From an uncultured Nitrososphaerales archaeon (lineage in GTDB: Archaea; Thermoproteota; Nitrososphaeria; Nitrososphaerales; Nitrososphaeraceae), in NCBI GenBank assembly GCA_963713605.1, contig CAVQMO010000010.1, forward strand, positions 672,001 through 736,000: 64,000 bases of DNA. Reading direction: 5' to 3'. Below, one piece after another: positions 10,207 through 21,110 of this stretch (the first letter of the stretch is position 1; the number at the start of each line of letters is the position of its first letter). Made by a program: the position numbers and the translations under genes. The notes beneath the pieces are model-generated. The model was not told where the DNA came from and made no database searches. It saw nothing but the letters and a program-made list of their open reading frames with translations.

Positions 10207-11160
10207 ATGTCCACAACAGTGGTAAGCGATGACATGGTAGCCTTCAAGTGCGAGTGCATAGGAGTGTTGTACAAGGATATGCGCAAGTTTACAGCCAAGA
10301 AGTATCTAGTTGGTAAGGTCATAAGCTCGTTTCCCTCTAGTCTCAACATCAAGACTTCAAGAAACGAACTGTTGGTCATAAGTCTAAACAAGATACACTC
10401 TGCTATCACAGTAAATCTGAAGCCTCAATTTAGCAACTCCAATTTCGCGGGACTTATCGATTATGGAGATGATGTAGTCAAATTCCTGAATTCGGTCTCC
10501 ATTGGCGAAAGAATGGAATTGCTTACGGCGAAGAGTATTATCTTTAAAAACTGTTTTGTGGGGCCCACATCTGCTGGATTGTACAAAATTAGCGACGCTG
10601 CAGAAAGAATTTTGAGTTCCCTCATGGAATTAAGGAGGAATGGATGTCTGCTGGAACCGGAGATCACAAATCAAGGCCTTTTTCATCAATTCGTTGCCGA
10701 AACTTCAGAGAATAACATTAGGAACAAGGATAACACTAGATTTGTTAGGACGTTATCCCATTCATTGATGAAAATGTGCGGAAGGGGCCCCGGATTCACA
10801 CCGTCTGGAGATGATTTCATCTGCGGTTTTAGTTCCTTGTTTAATTGGCTATCGCAAAGTCTAAAATGTCCTCCTATATCGCTGCCAATGAAGAGAGTCA
10901 GCGATTTGACCACTTGGAACAGCTTCAAATTCATTGAATATTATCAGAAATTGATCGTTGATGAACAAATCCAAGGTTTGATCAATTCGATTGGGGAAGG
11001 GCGTATTGACCGGTTCATATCATTGTTATCTACGCTAAGCTGCAGAGGACACACATCCGGCATAGATATCAGTACAGGCCTATCTACAGCTTTGTTCACT
11101 TTTTGCGATCGGTTCCTTGGGACAGATCTCTTACCCAAAGTTCAAAGCTTTTCGGAGTAG
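10207..11160 (+). CDS. DUF2877 family protein (YlbF/YahE; AllH homologue)
   Basis: Family motifs GRGPGFTPSGDDFICG and GHTSGID; lies between fdrA and carbamate kinase. Confidence 0.85.
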   Translation: MSTTVVSDDMVAFKCECIGVLYKDMRKFTAKKYLVGKVISSFPSSLNIKTSRNELLVISLNKIHSAITVNLKPQFSNSNFAGLIDYGDDVVKFLNSVSIGERMELLTAKSIIFKNCFVGPTSAGLYKISDAAERILSSLMELRRNGCLLEPEITNQGLFHQFVAETSENNIRNKDNTRFVRTLSHSLMKMCGRGPGFTPSGDDFICGFSSLFNWLSQSLKCPPISLPMKRVSDLTTWNSFKFIEYYQKLIVDEQIQGLINSIGEGRIDRFISLLSTLSCRGHTSGIDISTGLSTALFTFCDRFLGTDLLPKVQSFSE

Positions 11161-11452
11161 AGAAATCGACAACAAGACCAATATCTGTAACGATGTCAAA
11201 AAGAGCGTGAGAGAATCGAAAATTTATCTTCATTCGAGAATGAAGTGAGTAAGGTGTCAATGTTTAGGAATTTGCTTTATCATCCACTGAAATCGAATCA
11301 GAGATATTAGATCGAATTCAAGAAGTGGTTGCAAGTTACATATCTTATTTTAGATAATTTATATATCAATGTATGCTAGTTTTATGATAAATGCATATTC
11401 TTAGATGTTCTGGGCATTAAATTTAAATAAGATATTCCTAGTTTAGTAACTC

Positions 11453-12427
11453 TTGAGTAATTCAAGATCAGATCTAATCGTTTTTGCTATTGGTGGGAAT
11501 GCTCTTGTGAGATCTGGTGAGAGAGGAACATTTGAAGAACAGTATCAAAACGTACAGATTGCTGTGAAGCAGATCGTTGAATTTATGAAGAGAGATAAAT
11601 GCAGAAACAGAATAGTTCTGACTCATGGTAACGGACCACAGGTGGGAGCAACCCTTGTAAGGCATAGTTTAGCTGACGAATACTGCCCTGCACTGCCATT
11701 ATACGTATGTACCGCAGAAACGCAGGGGTTTATAGGCTATATTATTGAACAAGCATTGCAAGATGAGCTAGACTGTTCAAAAATAAATAAAAATGTTACG
11801 ACCCTCCTTACTAGAGTAGTTGTTGATTCAAATGATAATGCATTTCTCAACCCAACTAAGCCTATCGGAGAAACATTTAGCGACGAAATGACCGAAGTCC
11901 TCTTGAAAAATGGAATAGTACATCTTGAAAAACGAAAGGTAGGCTCTGACGGCACAAAGTTCAAACTCGTAGTTCCATCACCAAAGCCTATCACCATTGT
12001 AAATTATGAAGCAATTCGTTCTCTAGTAGATGCTGGATTTATTGTCGTCGCATGCGGGGGCGGAGGAATTCCAGTGATGAAGGAGAATCGGAATACCTTA
12101 GGAGTCGATGCTGTGATAGACAAAGACCTTGCCAGTGAAAGACTAGCAACTTCAATAGGTGCCTCAACTTTGGTGTTACTAACCAACGTGGATGGAATAT
12201 ATAGGAACTATGGAAAGAAGAATCAAGAGCTTATAGGTACGGTCAGTATAGGAATGAATCTCGAACAGGAATTAGGGTCGCAGGACCTAGAAAGTGGTAG
12301 CATTGGTCCCAAAGTGCAAGCGGCCATCTCATTTATAAGAAACGGAGGAAAGGAGGCAATAGTCTGCTCTCTTCAACACCTTTCTGATGCATTAGCCGGT
12401 ATATCTGGGACACATTTCTTTAGATGA
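11453..12427 (+). CDS. arcC: Carbamate kinase
   Basis: AIGGNAL, THGNGPQVG, AETQGFIGY, NPTKPIG, VVPSPKP, CGGGGIPV, AVIDKDLAS, GSIGPKV. Confidence 0.96.
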   Translation: MSNSRSDLIVFAIGGNALVRSGERGTFEEQYQNVQIAVKQIVEFMKRDKCRNRIVLTHGNGPQVGATLVRHSLADEYCPALPLYVCTAETQGFIGYIIEQALQDELDCSKINKNVTTLLTRVVVDSNDNAFLNPTKPIGETFSDEMTEVLLKNGIVHLEKRKVGSDGTKFKLVVPSPKPITIVNYEAIRSLVDAGFIVVACGGGGIPVMKENRNTLGVDAVIDKDLASERLATSIGASTLVLLTNVDGIYRNYGKKNQELIGTVSIGMNLEQELGSQDLESGSIGPKVQAAISFIRNGGKEAIVCSLQHLSDALAGISGTHFFR

Positions 12428-12451
12428 CCTTTACTAGAGGGAATATTCACA

Positions 12452-13709
12452 ATGAACAATAAAACTAGAATCAAAGAGCGTATAGAAGAAGCTAACAGTA
12501 AGGCCCTCGAACGGATGCGTTTATCCAGGCCCACTCTTGTCGATATTAAATATGCAAGGGATATTCTGCCTCAAATGAAGAAGAATTCAATTTTTCATGC
12601 AGGTCCTCCCATTGATTGGGAAAGGATGTGTGGCCCATTGCGCGGAGCAATCGTTGGGACTATGATCTTTGAGGGATTAGCGACGACTTGGAATGATGCT
12701 GTAAAATTGATAAGGCAGGGCGACATCGAATTCTCCTCTAATCACGATCATGATGCAGTAGGTCCTATGGCAGGGGTAATCTCGCCATCGTTGCCTATTC
12801 TTGTTGTTAAAGATCAAAGTAATGGCAAGACCTGTTTTGCCCGATTCGTAGAAAACAGAGTGCAATTTGGACTTTTCGATAAGGAGTCAGTTGATGTTCT
12901 TAGATTTTGGTCTGAAAAACTATCCCCCTTATTGGGCAAAGCTATTCGTAAGAGTAGGGGAATCGATCTTAAACCGATAATGGCTAAAGCATTGCACATG
13001 GGAGACGAACTGCATAATAGGCCAGCCTGCAGGCACGTTACTATTTGAAAGTACCATATTACCTCATCTATTGGTAGTCTGTAGTCTAGATGAAGTAGGA
13101 GAGATTACAAGATATCTTTCAGAAAATGATATTTTTTTCCTGTGCGTGAGTATGGCTGCATGCAAAGCAATCACAAAAGCCGCTCATGGCATCCAATATA
13201 GTACGTTAGTAACAGTTATGGCAAGAAATGGAACTAACTTTGGAATAAAGGTGAGTGGTTTAGGGAATGACTGGTTTGTCGGAGAGGCAAACATGATTAA
13301 GGGATTGTATTTTCCGGGTTATGGCCCTGAAGATGCTAATCCTGATATTGGTGATAGTGCCATTACAGAGACTGCTGGTATTGGAGCATTCGCTCTGGCA
13401 GGATCTCCTGCAATATTGGCGCTCATTGGTGGATCTGCCGAAGATGCTATAAAGTACACATATGAGATGCGCAAAATTACGAATTCACTTAATGAAACAT
13501 TTACCTTGCCAATCATTAATTTTCAAGGTACTGCAACTGGTATTGATATCCGAAAAGTGATGAGAACCGGGATAACTCCTGTTATCGATACGGCTATAGC
13601 ACATAAACAAGCAGGAGGGGGCTACATTGGAGCAGGTCTAGTACGGGCACCTTTGGAGCCCTTCAAAAATGCTTTACACGCTTATGGTAAAAGATATAAA
13701 TTGGTTTGA
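12452..13709 (+). CDS. DUF1116 family protein (YlbE/YahG; AllG homologue); frameshift near 13030
   Basis: HAGPPIDWERMCGPLRGA, AVGPMAGVISPS and ALHMGDELHNR in the first ORF; MARNGTNFGI, NPDIGDSAITET, GIDIRKV and IAHKQAG in the second. Confidence 0.92.
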
Positions 13710-14215
13710 ATGCGCCGATGTCCATTTCTAAGAAATAATGCAAATTGTTCATGGCAACAAAGTTCTTGTGTTAGCAGTTTGTCAACCGAAACCGTATGAT
13801 AATGTACAAAATACGATACGAGTAGCGTCGTATAATATTTGTTAACAAGGGAGGAAGAGGCTATGGATTACTTCAAAACCAAATCAAGTTCCTTAATTAA
13901 TCAAATGCCAATTTGTCGTACTGTTTGATCCTAACCTCACACGATGGAAGGGTGGTTTTAGCAATTTCAAAGGACAACGAAGTTAGTGTTGTATCTCTTG
14001 CGCTTTCTAGCTATCTTCCAATTTATATTATGTCTGAGAAATCGAAATTCGAGGAATGCGTTTGTTCAGGGTGTTTGAAAGGCTCATGTCAGGAAACCAC
14101 CAAATAGATCCTACTGATATTCTCTGCATATACGGACTCGAAAGTTGCAATTTCCGTTAATAGTTGATTTCCCTTTTTTGAGTGTACAGGAATAGAATCC
14201 GCTGTAGCCAATCAA

Positions 14216-14434
14216 TCACTCCTTTTCAAAGCCCTCTTTATGGATCCAATAGTATGATATCCTGTCAGCACCAATCCAATATGTTTCGGTACTGGCGTCC
14301 ACAACTATCTCTTTAGTAGCATTTTCAAACTTCACATTATGCTTGTGTAGTTCAATCTTTTCACCGGTATCTAATCTAATCATTACCTCACCGTTTTTAT
14401 CCACGCTGGCTTTCAAAGCTTCGAAATTTGCCAT
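14216..14434 (-). CDS. Small beta-rich hypothetical protein (72 aa)
   Basis: Clean ORF with natural composition and a TATA-like TTAATA about 25 nt upstream. Confidence 0.7.
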   Translation of the reverse strand: MANFEALKASVDKNGEVMIRLDTGEKIELHKHNVKFENATKEIVVDASTETYWIGADRISYYWIHKEGFEKE

Positions 14435-14754
14435 ACTCTATTTCACGGTCAGTACCTATTAACCTTTGAATTGATTGACTTCAATCCATTAGAATCGGAA
14501 GCGACCCTTGCACAAGAAGTTAATGGGGATTGGGCTAGTAGGGTGACTCCTTCATGTTTGGGTTCTGGATGAGCCACAGAAAATATCACATGGGGAATGT
14601 CAGTCTAAAGATAAATCAGTGTCAATAGTTACACTTATGGGTGTATCCATGAATAAGATACCGATATATGACATTTATACGTATAATTCCCATAGTACAT
14701 TCGTCAGTGAAATACGTTCTTGACTCTTATATACACTAATCTATGTGAATAAGC

Positions 14755-16502
14755 GTGCTTAAAAGAAATTCTGTACAATCGTATATTCTAATAGCTATAG
14801 CACTTGGAGCAATAACACTCCACATAGTGCCAACGACTCAGGTATTCGCAAATTCTTCTGATTCAACAGAAGCAGCCGCAGCTGCCGCAGCAGCAGGTGA
14901 AGCAGCTGCAGCAGCTGCAGCGCAGCTGGTGGATCTGCAGCGCCGCGAGCAGCAGCTGGTGATGCAACGCAGCAGCAGCGGCAGCAGCTTCAAAGTATGG
15001 CTCGGCAGCCTCAGCAGCGGCAGCTGGACATGCAGCGCAGCAGCGGCAGCTGCGAGCAGGTGGATCAGCCAGCAGCGCAGCAGCAGCAGGTAGCGCAGCA
15101 GCCGCAGCAGCAGCAGGCGGATCAGCCGCAGCAGCAGCAGCGAGCAGGCAGTGCAGCAGCAGCAGCAGCGGCCGCAGGCAAATACGGCTCAGCCGCAGCC
15201 GCAGCAGCCGGCAGCGAGCAAGCGGTAGCGGTGCTTCAGCAGCCGCAGCGACGAGCAGCCGGCAAGGGAGCAGGCAGCAGCAGTAGGAGCAGCAGCGGGC
15301 TATTCCGCAGCTGCTGCTGCCGCCGCATCCTCTTCGGGACACCACGGATTAGCAGCAGGCAGCAGCTGGAGCCGCGTCAGGTGGAGGAGCAGCAGCAGCC
15401 GGAGCAGCAGCAGGCGGATCAGCCGGAGCGAGCAGCAGGAGCAGGCAGTGCGAGCAGCGAGCAGCAGCAGCTTCAGGAGGAGGTTCTGCAGCAGCAGGAG
15501 CAGCAGCAGGTAAGGGAGCAGCCAGCAGCGAGCAGCCACGCGGCAGGCGGATCAGCCGGCAGCAGGCAGCAGCAGCCGGTGGTGGAGCAGGAGCAGCAGC
15601 TCGCATCAGGTGGTTCTGCGGCAGCAGCGCAGCAGCCGGTCGGTGGAGCAGCAGGCAGCAGCGCAGCTTCAAGCGGAAATGGTGGTGCAGCGCAGCCCGC
15701 AGCCGCCTCAGGTGGCGACAATGGCTACAAGAACTATGGCAAAGACAAAGACAGTTCTTCAGCAGCTGCAGCTGCAGCAGCATCCGAAGATTCAGGACGC
15801 AGCAGCCGCAGCAGCAGGTGATGCAGCAGCAGCAGCAGCATCAGCAGCAGGTGGTTCTGCAGCAGCCGCAGCCGCGAGCAGGCGATGGAGCTGCAGCCGG
15901 GGCAGCGCGAGCCGGCGGAAACGGCGGATCTGCAGCGCAGCGCAGCCGCCTCAGGTGGCGACAATGGCTACAAGAACTATGGCAAAGACAAAGACAGTTC
16001 TTCAGCAGCCAGCCGCAGCGCAGCAGGAGCATCCGAGGATTCAGCAGCCGCAGCAGCCGGAGCATCCGAAGATTCAGCAGCGCACAGCGGCAGCAGCAGG
16101 CGCATCCGAAGATTCAGCAGCGCAGCAGCAGCAGCATCCGAAGATTCAGCAGCCGCAGCCGCAGCAGCAGGTGATGCAGGAGCAGCAGCAGCAGCTGCAG
16201 CAGGAGCCAGCGACGATCATGGTAAGAAGAGGTCTGGAGATGACAGCTCTTCAGCAACCGCAGCAGCGCAGCAGGAGATGACGCAGCAGCAGCAGCCGCA
16301 GCAGCTAGTGATGACAAAGATGAGAAGAAGAAGGGTGACCACAATGACGGAAAAGGATCTAAGGATGAATCTAGCAACAGATCTAATGATGGCGGTGAAG
16401 CGAATGATGGCGATAGCGAAGAAAGCAGTGGCGGCGAGGGGAGAAAGCAGTGGCGTCGAAGAAAGCAGTAGTAGTAGCAGCAGCAACAGCGACGACGAAT
16501 AA
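14755..16502 (+). CDS. Secreted low-complexity poly-Ala/Gly/Ser repeat protein with acidic Ser-rich tail; many apparent indels
   Basis: Signal peptide (MLKRNSVQSYILIAIALGAITLHIVPTTQVFA-N), then GCN-codon tracts giving (A)6-8-GGS-like units. Ends ...SSSSSSSNSDDE with stop at 16502. TATA (TTATATA) at 14727-14733. Confidence 0.75.
14868..16305 (+). repeat. GC-rich degenerate (GCA/GCC) trinucleotide repeat region containing a 68-bp exact direct repeat (15699-15766 = 15942-16009)
   Basis: Seen directly. The duplicated block encodes AASGGDNGYKNYGKDKDSSSA; several GCATCCGAAGATTCAG (ASEDS) units follow. Confidence 0.9.
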
Positions 16503-16514
16503 GACAATCTAAGA

Positions 16515-16540
16515 GGACTCGTAGTCCAATCCTTTTTTTT
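16515..16540 (+). terminator. Short hairpin plus oligo-T terminator
   Basis: GGACT-CGT-AGTCC followed by T8, just after the stop at 16502. Confidence 0.55.
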
Positions 16541-16809
16541 ACCTAATTATTATCCACTTTTTAAAACCGTTGGTTAATTGAGACGATTACTGAGTGACTG
16601 GCCTTTCTAACAAACTATTCAACATCGAATTAAGCTGAGATAGCAATTCATAATCTCCTGTTCAAGGAGAATATAACTGGTACGTGTATGAAATCTTATA
16701 CAAGTTCAATAATGCATGTTATTAGAGCTGATTCTGGAGAACGCATACTTGAAGAACCATACGTTTATGAACAACTCAACAATCAAATCCTATTCGGGGA
16801 ATAATATTC

Positions 16810-17977
16810 ATGAAGTTAGTTAAATGTAACACCTTGTTTGACGGGACCGAAGAAAAAAATGATTGCTACGTAGGATTTGAAGGTGATCAGATAAAATATG
16901 TCGGAAAGGATAAAACCCCAAAGCTAGAAGGGACCACTGAAAATAGCAATGAAATTATCGCAGAAGGAAACACGTATGCAATTACTCCTGGATTCGTTGA
17001 TGCACACAGTCACATAGGATTAGTCAGGTCTGGCGAACCGGATAGAGAAGAAGAGGCAAATGAGCGTTTCAACCCTATTTATCCGTTAGTAAATGCCTTA
17101 CACAGTATCTATATGGACGATCAATCCTTCACTGAATCAGTTGAAGGTGGAGTACTTTATTCGACTGTCTTACCAGGAAGTGGAAACATTATTGGCGGAA
17201 AAGCGGTTCTAATACGCAACTTCGCCAAAGACATTGGTGAAGCTTACATGACTGACGTTGGAATAAAGATGGCGTTAGGGTATAATCCCCGTAGCACAAC
17301 AGAATGGAAGGGCGATAGACCATCAACACGAATGGGAGCAATCGCGATGCTCCGCGAAAATTTGTTAAAGGCAAGAAAAATGCAACATCTGCTACAGGTG
17401 GAAAAAAAGGTTACTGACGAAGTAGAACCACTAACTGAGGTGTTCATGGATATACTTTCAAATAAATACAAACTGATGGTGCACCTTCACAAAGAAGATG
17501 ACGCAATGGTACTGATGCAACTAGTTAAGGAGTTTGGAATAAAGGCGATTGCAAATCATTGCGCTGATGTTCACAGGGAAGAAGTTTTCGCGGCATTGAA
17601 AGCCGACTTCAATACCTGTAGTTTATGGACCGCTGGACTCCTTTCCATACAAAGTAGAACTCAAACATGAAAGTTGGAGGAATGTAGAAAAACTAGTAGC
17701 GTCAAAGGCGAAATTCTCATTTATGAGCGACCACCCTGTAATTCTGCAAAGAAATCTTTTCTATACTTTAAGACATCTTCTCAGATTCGGTATGTCAAAA
17801 GCCAATGCTATATCTAAAATTAGTAAAGAAGCGGCCGAAATTATCGAAGTAAACGATATCGGTCAGGTAAAGGCAGGGTATAAGGCCTCATTTGTGGTTT
17901 GGAATGGTGATCCGTTCTCTTTGTCAAGTTACCCTGTGTTAGTAATCGCGGAAGGAACAACTGTGTACCAAGAATAA
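16810..17977 (+). CDS. Metal-dependent amidohydrolase (imidazolonepropionase-like superfamily); frameshift near 17605
   Basis: TPGFVDAHSHIG, LPGSGNIIGG, KMALGYNP, STRMG, VHLH, NHC; C-terminal part SDHPV...IGQVKAGYKASFVVWNGDP. Confidence 0.88.
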
Positions 17978-18076
17978 ATTACAGTTTCGCTGGTCAAAAT
18001 GACTTTTACCAAGATTTCTAAGCGGGCAAATCAATATGGTTAATGGATATCGGATGGATCATGTTGATAGAATGCG

Positions 18077-19213
18077 TTATTTAATAGGTTGAAGAGGGGC
18101 ATTAAGATTCAAATATTGCCCGTCCCTATATACGGTGAACATAATATTTTCCCCAATAGTTTTATTTTCCTGAACATAGGAGAGCAACCCTTCAATATCT
18201 ACAATACTATTACCATCCAAGGCTGTTATTACATCGCCACTCTGTCGTTGTCCATATTTGTCTGTGGTTGCAGCATCTATTCCAGCGATATCTGCAGTAC
18301 CTCCACGTACAACGGTGTCTACTAGAACTCCTTCCAAATCATCTGGGATATCATTAAACTGCTTTGCTAGATCTACAGTAAGGGTAGAGCCTACTATGCC
18401 AATTGCAGGATGTATGTATAATCCGTCTTGAATCAATCCAGTGGCAACTCTGCTGATTGTATTCGACGGAATAGCCACGCTCAATCCAGGAAATTGTGTG
18501 CCCGACGCAGGGGCAGTGGGATTTAACCTACCATATATCATTCCCACTACTTCCCCGTCCATGTTTATCAGAGGACCACCAGAATTCCCTGGGTTTACAG
18601 CTACATCAGTTTCAATTGTATTGGGCACTGAATAGCCGAGAAAAGGGAAATATAACAAATAGTCGGTTTGACCAATAATTCCTGCAGTCATGGCTATTTT
18701 TGAGGCAAAAGGATAGCCTATAGTTACAACTCGATCACCAATCTTAAGCAAAGAGGAATTACCAAGCGTTACTGGTCCAGAGGATCGAACACTCTTGGAA
18801 ACAATCGTATTATTGTTATCTATTATCTCTAACACCGCAGTATCTGTAAATGCGTCTCTTCCTACTACGTTGGCGTCATACCTGTCACCATCTTTGAAAA
18901 CGACGCTAACGTTATTCGCTCCAGCCAAAACGTGATTGGCAGTGACAATATGCCCTACGTCATCATAAATGAATCCCGCACCCACTTCGGTTGTATTCTG
19001 GGCTTGAGGATTTATGCTGAATAATGGGGGGGTTATGCTCACAATCTGCACTATTGAATCGCTCGCATTATCGAATATGGTTGAAAGGTCATCTGCCGTG
19101 GGTTCAACTGCGAACCCAGGGCTTGAACTAACGATTGTACCAACTGAAAATATGTAAAGCGAAATAAGGACCATGACTGCAAATCTTAATAGCATAAGCT
19201 TTGCAATATTCAT
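18077..19213 (-). CDS. Secreted HtrA/DegP-like trypsin serine protease with PDZ domain
   Basis: Signal/TM segment; catalytic triad in TANHV, DTAVL and NPGNSGGPL; C-terminal PDZ (GDVITALDG). Confidence 0.93.
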   Translation of the reverse strand: MNIAKLMLLRFAVMVLISLYIFSVGTIVSSSPGFAVEPTADDLSTIFDNASDSIVQIVSITPPLFSINPQAQNTTEVGAGFIYDDVGHIVTANHVLAGANNVSVVFKDGDRYDANVVGRDAFTDTAVLEIIDNNNTIVSKSVRSSGPVTLGNSSLLKIGDRVVTIGYPFASKIAMTAGIIGQTDYLLYFPFLGYSVPNTIETDVAVNPGNSGGPLINMDGEVVGMIYGRLNPTAPASGTQFPGLSVAIPSNTISRVATGLIQDGLYIHPAIGIVGSTLTVDLAKQFNDIPDDLEGVLVDTVVRGGTADIAGIDAATTDKYGQRQSGDVITALDGNSIVDIEGLLSYVQENKTIGENIMFTVYRDGQYLNLNAPLQPIK

Positions 19214-19655
19214 ACATGCATTTATCTTTTAGTTGATTAACATAGGTCTACATTGTCATACACATCAGGTTTGACTTACAATTTATAATATTGGTTCTTG
19301 TCTTTTTCGACAGAAAGCTGATGACAAAAGCTTAACAGGATCATTATATTCAGTGGATTCTTGTGGTATTCACTTTCTCCACGAATGTTATGACCAGTAG
19401 ATGCTCTCAGGAGTTAATAGCGGGTAGGAGGCTACAAGCCTGCACTCCTCCCAAATCAATTTGCTTTGACGACAATCATTGGTTCTGCCGTTGATAAACC
19501 ATGAATTAATACCGGTTCTGTTTCAGATGTTGTCGCTATTTCATCTTTACCGTTAATTCTTATACATATTACAGGTTAATGCCATAAGTGGATAGTATAT
19601 AATGGAAGTAGCATTTATATGACTACTATGTTACATCCTTATTGGTAACGATTAA

Positions 19656-20252
19656 ATGAAAACAATAGATTCTTCTGTTGATAAGGATACAGTGAAATCA
19701 CCTAGCTGGTTGCGGATGGCCCAAATTGGTTTGGGGGCTATCGCAGTTATACTATCGATAGCAATTATGGCAAATCCAGGTTTAACAGCCGTCTTGGTGG
19801 TGTTTACGGCTTCAATTCTTCTATTAATAGTAGGGATTGAAAGAGTTATTACTGGTTTATTTGTTCAAAGGAAAAACAGGTCTCGACTTGTTACTGTTGG
19901 ATTAGGAATATTAGTTATACTAATAGCAGCAGCAGCTTTGGCGTTCCCTATAGGAGCGACAGTATTGGTAACGCTAGTATTGGCAGTCGCATTACTATTT
20001 GATGGGATCTCAAGGATTGTACATGGTATTGGAGACAAAGAAAGTCAAAGATGGACTAAAGCACTTAGTATTGGTGTAGGCGGGATGGAAGTTGTATTAT
20101 CTGGACTAATAATGGTTTCTCCTGCATTTGGTGCAGCCACCATAGGTTTTCTAATAGGAATAGCACTTCTTCTGGCTGGAATACAAATTGTTGTAGCAGG
20201 AATATCAGGAAGAAGGAAACAAATGAAAATATTAGGAACGAGAAATGATTGA
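19656..20252 (+). CDS. HdeD/DUF308 family membrane protein
   Basis: Six hydrophobic helices in three repeated hairpins of the G...I....P...LL..GI type. Confidence 0.8.
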   Translation: MKTIDSSVDKDTVKSPSWLRMAQIGLGAIAVILSIAIMANPGLTAVLVVFTASILLLIVGIERVITGLFVQRKNRSRLVTVGLGILVILIAAAALAFPIGATVLVTLVLAVALLFDGISRIVHGIGDKESQRWTKALSIGVGGMEVVLSGLIMVSPAFGAATIGFLIGIALLLAGIQIVVAGISGRRKQMKILGTRND

Positions 20253-20516
20253 GAGCGGTGAAAAGCTGAGCTCAGCTCAACTAGTTACTTCATATTTTTT
20301 GTCGAAGTTTATTAGTAATTGGAAACATGATTTATTGTACAAGGATATAGTATGCGATCTAGATATTCCCAGTTGAAGGAACATTAATCATTGAAGCGAG
20401 AATCCAAGGAACTCGAGAAAAGAATGAAATACGCTTAATTTTTACTTTGTAAAATCCCCTCAGCTCAGAAATATCTCAAGCGCGTTTATATCTCTTTAAC
20501 ATAAAAACACTCATCT

Positions 20517-20642
20517 ATGGTTTCAGATTCCTAGTCAGGTGGAATTATATGTCCAAATTGTGGTAAGGATGTTGGTGATGTTAAGGTGCTACGAATCCAC
20601 AGATATGTGATCTCTTTAGTCCGGATCAAGCCAGAGAATTAA
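20517..20642 (+). pseudogene. Possible remnant of a small zinc-finger protein
   Basis: Manual translation MVSDS*SGGIICPNCGKDVGDVKVLRIHRYVISLVRIKPEN* has a CPxCG..L..H pattern and an in-frame stop. Confidence 0.35.
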
Positions 20643-21110
20643 GCAGGGTAAGAGGGCCAAATACGTTAGTGCTACATGATAAGGATCTTGCTACTGAATT
20701 TGGAACAAGGAGTAGTAGAGTATAGTCATGGTCTTCAATAGTCAAGATTCTAACGACTCAGCAACAGAAAGAGAACCATATATCTGCAGAAATGTTCAGA
20801 AAGAACGAATAGGATTTTATGATTCTGTCTGCTTTTCTTCATCTACAAAATATTAATCTGGATAAAGAAAGAATGACGATAGAAGAAGTATAGCAGTTGA
20901 TAAAATAGGCACAGTGATACTAATAAACTGAAACATGAGATAGCTTCCAAACAAGCTTAGGACTCAATCTATTTATCATGCAATTCTAAACAGACCAGAA
21001 GATATTTGTCAAACTCTTGCTGAACTTGACAGGGCTTTGATTTTTGCTTAACAATAAAAAAAGCTTATCGGTTTTTTGGAGTCTGGAGAGCCTGGAAATT
21101 ATGTGGACAA

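Noticed and set aside
15699..16150. Direct repeats as a CRISPR array
   Set aside because: The repeats are in-frame coding duplications without unique regular spacers, and no cas genes are present.
14863..16507. Poly-Gln, poly-Ser and poly-Leu/Cys ORFs on both strands in the ORF track
   Set aside because: These are shadow frames of the GCN (Ala) repeat. Third-position variation and the signal peptide identify the Ala frame.
16810..17977. Amidohydrolase as the ring-opening enzyme of the ureide cluster
   Set aside because: It is separated by unrelated genes, has no TTATGA-N4-TCATAA site upstream, and its motifs do not match allantoinase/dihydropyrimidinase. A link cannot be excluded but is unsupported.
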